Shown here in pieces: positions 60,595 to 64,000 of a DNA stretch of 64,000 nt. Each line of letters opens with the position of its first letter. Within the stretch, counting starts at the first letter, position 1. Source of the DNA: an uncultured Actinomycetes bacterium (GTDB taxonomy: Bacteria > Actinomycetota > Acidimicrobiia > Spongiisociales > DATADW01); assembly GCA_963824995.1 (NCBI GenBank), contig CAWGRK010000002.1:1-64000 (forward strand). The letters run 5' to 3'. A program made the translations under genes and the position numbers. Under the pieces are notes generated by a model. The model worked only from the letters and a program-made list of their open reading frames with translations. It had not been told where the DNA came from and did no database searches.

Positions 60595-61904
60595 CCCGGA
60601 AGCTGACTGGGAGGGCCCGTTCCTTGGCCATGGTCGGAGGGGCATCACTGTTGCTCGCGCTGGCGCTCGGCGTTCCCGAGCTGGCGGCGATCGGAGCGGG
60701 CGCGGTGGTGGTCCTGCTGGTCGGTCTCCACCTCGGCGGCGAATCCCAAGTGGACCTATCGGTGGTGGCGGGAGGGCAAAGGGTGGTCGAGGGTGACGCC
60801 GTCGCTCTCACGATCCGGGTTGTGACCGCAAGACGGACGACTTCTGTCGTGCTGTGGGTGACGACCGGTGGTGCCGACCCGGTCGAGATCGGCACTCCGG
60901 TGTCCTCGGTCCCGGCGAGGGTCGTCCCAACGGATGGTGGTTTCACCGCCGAGTTCCCCGCCCTCGATGGCCCGGCACAAATTGACGTCGAGGTGAAGTA
61001 CAAGCGGTGGGGTATCCATCCGCTCCCCGAGGTCGGGTTGACGGTCACCGACCCGTTCGGGCTATTCGAGCAGCGGCTCGGTGCCGCGCCTGAGCGTGGG
61101 AGGGTGCGCGTCCTCCCCACCGAAGAACGGATCCGGCGCCTCTTCCTGCCCGACAGGGTGGGCGCCGGGCTTGGCGACCTGTTGTCCGCCAAACGCGGCG
61201 ACGGACTCGAGTTCGCCGAACTGAGACCGTTCCGTCCTGGCGACGATCGCCGCCGGGTCAATTACCGGGCAAGCGCCCGTGCCGGACGAACGTGGGTGGC
61301 CGACCGTCACCCGGAGCGGAACGCCGACGTGATCCTGTTCGCCGATCTGCTGTTCGACCGGGGGCCGGGGAACCGTGATGTGGTCGACCGCGTGATACGG
61401 GGGGTGGCCTCGCTCGCCTCCTCCCATCTCGGCCGGCACGACCGGGTCGGGCTTGTGGTCCTCGGTGGCACCGTCCGCTGGGTGACCCCGCGGATGGGCA
61501 CCATCCAGCGATACCGGATGCTCGATGCCTTGCTCGAGACCCAACTGCTGCATGGGTGGGCGGGGCCCATGGCCGGCCTGCTGGTGAACCGCATCGTCTC
61601 TGGTCATGCGCTTGTAGTGGTGTTGACCCCGTTGCTCGATGACGTGACCGTCACCCTCGCCTCCGATCTTCGTGGGCGTGGATTCGATCTGGTGGTGGTG
61701 GAGTGCGACCCCGAGCCGTTTCTCCCCGAGGCGCGCAACCGGTCGGAGCAGATCGCCAGGCGCATCTGGTCGATGGAGCGTGCCGCGTTGCGTCGCCGCC
61801 TCGAGGAGCGCGGAATCATCGTCGCCCGCTGGGCAGCGGGCGCACCGCTCGGCGCGGTGGTCTCCGATGCAAACTCCAGGCGACGGCTGCGGAGGCCGGC
61901 GTGA
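60591..61904 (+). CDS. DUF58 domain protein
   Basis: DPFGL, GDGLEFAELRPFRPGDDRRRVNYRASAR, DRVGL. Confidence 0.9.
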   Translation: MTRKLTGRARSLAMVGGASLLLALALGVPELAAIGAGAVVVLLVGLHLGGESQVDLSVVAGGQRVVEGDAVALTIRVVTARRTTSVVLWVTTGGADPVEIGTPVSSVPARVVPTDGGFTAEFPALDGPAQIDVEVKYKRWGIHPLPEVGLTVTDPFGLFEQRLGAAPERGRVRVLPTEERIRRLFLPDRVGAGLGDLLSAKRGDGLEFAELRPFRPGDDRRRVNYRASARAGRTWVADRHPERNADVILFADLLFDRGPGNRDVVDRVIRGVASLASSHLGRHDRVGLVVLGGTVRWVTPRMGTIQRYRMLDALLETQLLHGWAGPMAGLLVNRIVSGHALVVVLTPLLDDVTVTLASDLRGRGFDLVVVECDPEPFLPEARNRSEQIARRIWSMERAALRRRLEERGIIVARWAAGAPLGAVVSDANSRRRLRRPA

Positions 61905-62413
61905 CGCCGGCGACCGTCACCCGGGCGAGTCGCGGATTCGCCGCATTTGCACTAGCCGCAGTGATGGCGCTCCCGGTTGTCCCAGCCGAGCCTCCCGCGG
62001 CGTCTTTGCTCGTCTGGTCTGGTTTGGGCGCGATTGTCGCCGGCTTGGTCACTCGGCACCGAGCCGCCATCGATGTTGGCCTCCTCCTGCTGCTCGTCCG
62101 TTATGCCGCAGTGCTCGCCTTCGCCTCGGCTGTCGATCCGTGGGTTTGGGCGAGGGCGGCGGTGACGGTGGCGTTGATTGACTTGGCCCATGGCTCGCTC
62201 GAGGCGGCGGAACCTGGCGACCCGCGGAGGATGCGGTGGGTGAGAACGCTGGTATTCGGTGCGATCGGCGCTGTCTCCGCCGGTGTGGTGATGCTGGCCA
62301 CGGCGGCGGCACCGGGCGGCCTCGTGGTCCGGATCGTCGCCCTCGGTGCGCTGGCGACGAGCCTCTCTCTGCTGGTGGTGCTCCTCCTCCGCCGCCGTGA
62401 GGAAGCTCGTTAG
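61901..62413 (+). CDS. Hypothetical integral membrane protein
   Basis: GTG overlapping the DUF58 stop; several hydrophobic helices. Confidence 0.65.
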   Translation: MTPATVTRASRGFAAFALAAVMALPVVPAEPPAASLLVWSGLGAIVAGLVTRHRAAIDVGLLLLLVRYAAVLAFASAVDPWVWARAAVTVALIDLAHGSLEAAEPGDPRRMRWVRTLVFGAIGAVSAGVVMLATAAAPGGLVVRIVALGALATSLSLLVVLLLRRREEAR

Positions 62414-62542
62414 GAGAGCGAGGCGGAGTGGGAGATTGCGTCCCTACCCAGCGCCAAGCGGCCGGTCCTTTCCCTTGCGGGGGACGGTGTTGGCTCGTCC
62501 GCCGTCTGCCCTCCGCCGTTCGCCTCCGGTACCCTCCGTACG

Positions 62543-63595
62543 GTGACCATTGACGAAGAACGCATCGCCCTATTCCTGGACTACGAGAACCTGGCAATCG
62601 GGGCCAGGGACCACCTCAAGGGCTTCGCCTTCGACTTCAGGCCGATCGCCGACGCTCTGGCCGAGCGGGGTCGAGTGGTGGTGCGACGCGCCTACGCGGA
62701 CTGGTCGTCATGGGGTGAGGACCGCAGGATGCTCACCCGCAGTCACGTCGAGTTGATCGAGATCCCTCAGCGGATGGGGGCGAACAGGAAGAACGCCGCC
62801 GACATAAAGATGTCGGTCGACGCTCTCGAGCTGGCGTTCGAGCGGGATTACGTCACGACATTCGTGCTCTGCACCGGCGACAGCGACTTCACCCCGCTGG
62901 TGCACAAGCTGCGCGAGCTCAACAAGCGGGTCATCGGCGTCGGGATCCGGGGCTCGACCTCCGACCTGCTCCCGCCGTCCTGCGACGAGTTCCTCTTCTA
63001 CGACTCGCTCGAGGGCGTCGAGATCCGGGATCCCCAGTCGGCAACACCACGGCGGCGCCGCGCTCAGCCGGTGGAGGAGGTCGTCACCGCCGCAGACCAC
63101 GAGGTGACGACCACTGCGGATCTGAGCGCACTGGTGACCCAGACTCTCTCTGGACTGCAGCGATCGACGGGCGGGGCAGTCCTGTCCTCGTCGGTCAAGC
63201 GGGCCATCCTCCGCAAGGACCCGACCTTCTCGGAGGCGGACCATGGGTTCCGCAGCTTCGGGGAGTTGCTGCGCAACCTCGAACAGCGCGATGTCATCGA
63301 ACTGTCGGAGGGGAGTGCCAAGGGGGACCCCGAGATCAATTTTCCCAGCACGGCGGGAGGCGAGGACCAGGCGTTCGAGCTGCTGCGTACGGTCGTAGGC
63401 GAGATGGAGAGCCGAAACGGCGCGCCCATCCTGTCGGGATTGAAGAACCGCCTCCGCAAGCGAGACCCTGAATTCAGCGAGAAGACCTTCGGATACGGCG
63501 GCTTTCTCCAATTCGTCAAGGCGGCGCAGGCCCGTGGGCTGGTCGAACTGGGGTGGGACGCTGACGCCGAGGACTACGTCGTGAAGACCGTTTGA
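62543..63595 (+). CDS. NYN (LabA-like PIN) domain protein with two OST-HTH/LOTUS domains
   Basis: LFLDYEN, RAYADW, KNAADI, TGDSDFTPL, CDEF; two DP.FSE...G..F repeats. Confidence 0.92.
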   Translation: MTIDEERIALFLDYENLAIGARDHLKGFAFDFRPIADALAERGRVVVRRAYADWSSWGEDRRMLTRSHVELIEIPQRMGANRKNAADIKMSVDALELAFERDYVTTFVLCTGDSDFTPLVHKLRELNKRVIGVGIRGSTSDLLPPSCDEFLFYDSLEGVEIRDPQSATPRRRRAQPVEEVVTAADHEVTTTADLSALVTQTLSGLQRSTGGAVLSSSVKRAILRKDPTFSEADHGFRSFGELLRNLEQRDVIELSEGSAKGDPEINFPSTAGGEDQAFELLRTVVGEMESRNGAPILSGLKNRLRKRDPEFSEKTFGYGGFLQFVKAAQARGLVELGWDADAEDYVVKTV

Positions 63596-63606
63596 GGGCT
63601 GGCGGG

Positions 63607-64000
63607 GTGTCCGGAACAGCCGACATCGTGGTGGTCGGTGCGGGGATCATCGGGTCGTCGATCGCCTATCAGATCGCCAGACGCTCGTCGCAGCGAGTGG
63701 TCGTACTGGAGAAGGGGGCAGGTGTCGCCGAGGGCTCCACCGGAGCCTCCTCTTCGATCGTGCGCTGCAAGTACACCTACCCCGAAGTGGTTCGACTCGC
63801 CCGCAACGGTCAGGAGGCCTATCGCGATTGGGCGATCTTCACCGGGCTCGACTCGCCCCGCTCCGGGCTCGAGCAGCCGGGCGTGCTCTGGGCGATGGGG
63901 GACCCGGCGGCGAAGGTCGAGGACGACGCAGGTCGGCTCGCCGGCCAGGGCGTGGCCGTCACCGTTTTCGATGCCGAAGAGCTGACGGCCCGGTTCCCTG
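63607..64000 (+). CDS. FAD-dependent oxidoreductase (DAO/sarcosine oxidase beta-like), truncated by window edge
   Basis: ADIVVVGAGIIGSSIAYQIA...VVVLEK...GSTGASS. Confidence 0.85.
   Translation, partial: MSGTADIVVVGAGIIGSSIAYQIARRSSQRVVVLEKGAGVAEGSTGASSSIVRCKYTYPEVVRLARNGQEAYRDWAIFTGLDSPRSGLEQPGVLWAMGDPAAKVEDDAGRLAGQGVAVTVFDAEELTARFP

Noticed and set aside
62414..62542. Structured RNA upstream of the NYN gene
   Set aside because: Some long-range GGCGGAG/CTCCGCC pairing is possible, but it cannot be told apart from a GC-rich terminator or chance

Overview
High-GC bacterial chromosome segment, probably from an actinobacterium (Acidimicrobiia-like; inferred from the radA-disA-carD-ispF-cysS-rlmB-tRNA-Thr core block, a WS/DGAT gene, a holin-X/DUF3618 operon and many leaderless genes). 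After tRNA-Thr(TGT) the window is mostly accessory. It holds a translationally coupled GAF histidine kinase/response regulator/REC-cyclase/PGM1-like ATP-grasp ligase operon, an ECF sigma-YciI pair, four class III nucleotidyl cyclases in different architectures, a liv ABC operon, a KimA-like K+ transporter with a duplicated cytosolic domain, a CYTH-Ppx fusion, a MoxR/DUF58 operon and an NYN-LOTUS gene. The most striking item is a ~3.3 kb integrase-less element (40272-43593) inserted in the anticodon loop of tRNA-Arg(CCT). It duplicates the 5' half of the tRNA rather than the usual 3' end, has three 12-bp arm-like repeats near its ends, and carries a DUF6582-like domain fused to a class III cyclase plus a coupled small ORF. 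About a dozen single-base frameshifts look like long-read assembly errors rather than pseudogenes. All family assignments come from motif recognition by eye; no searches were run.
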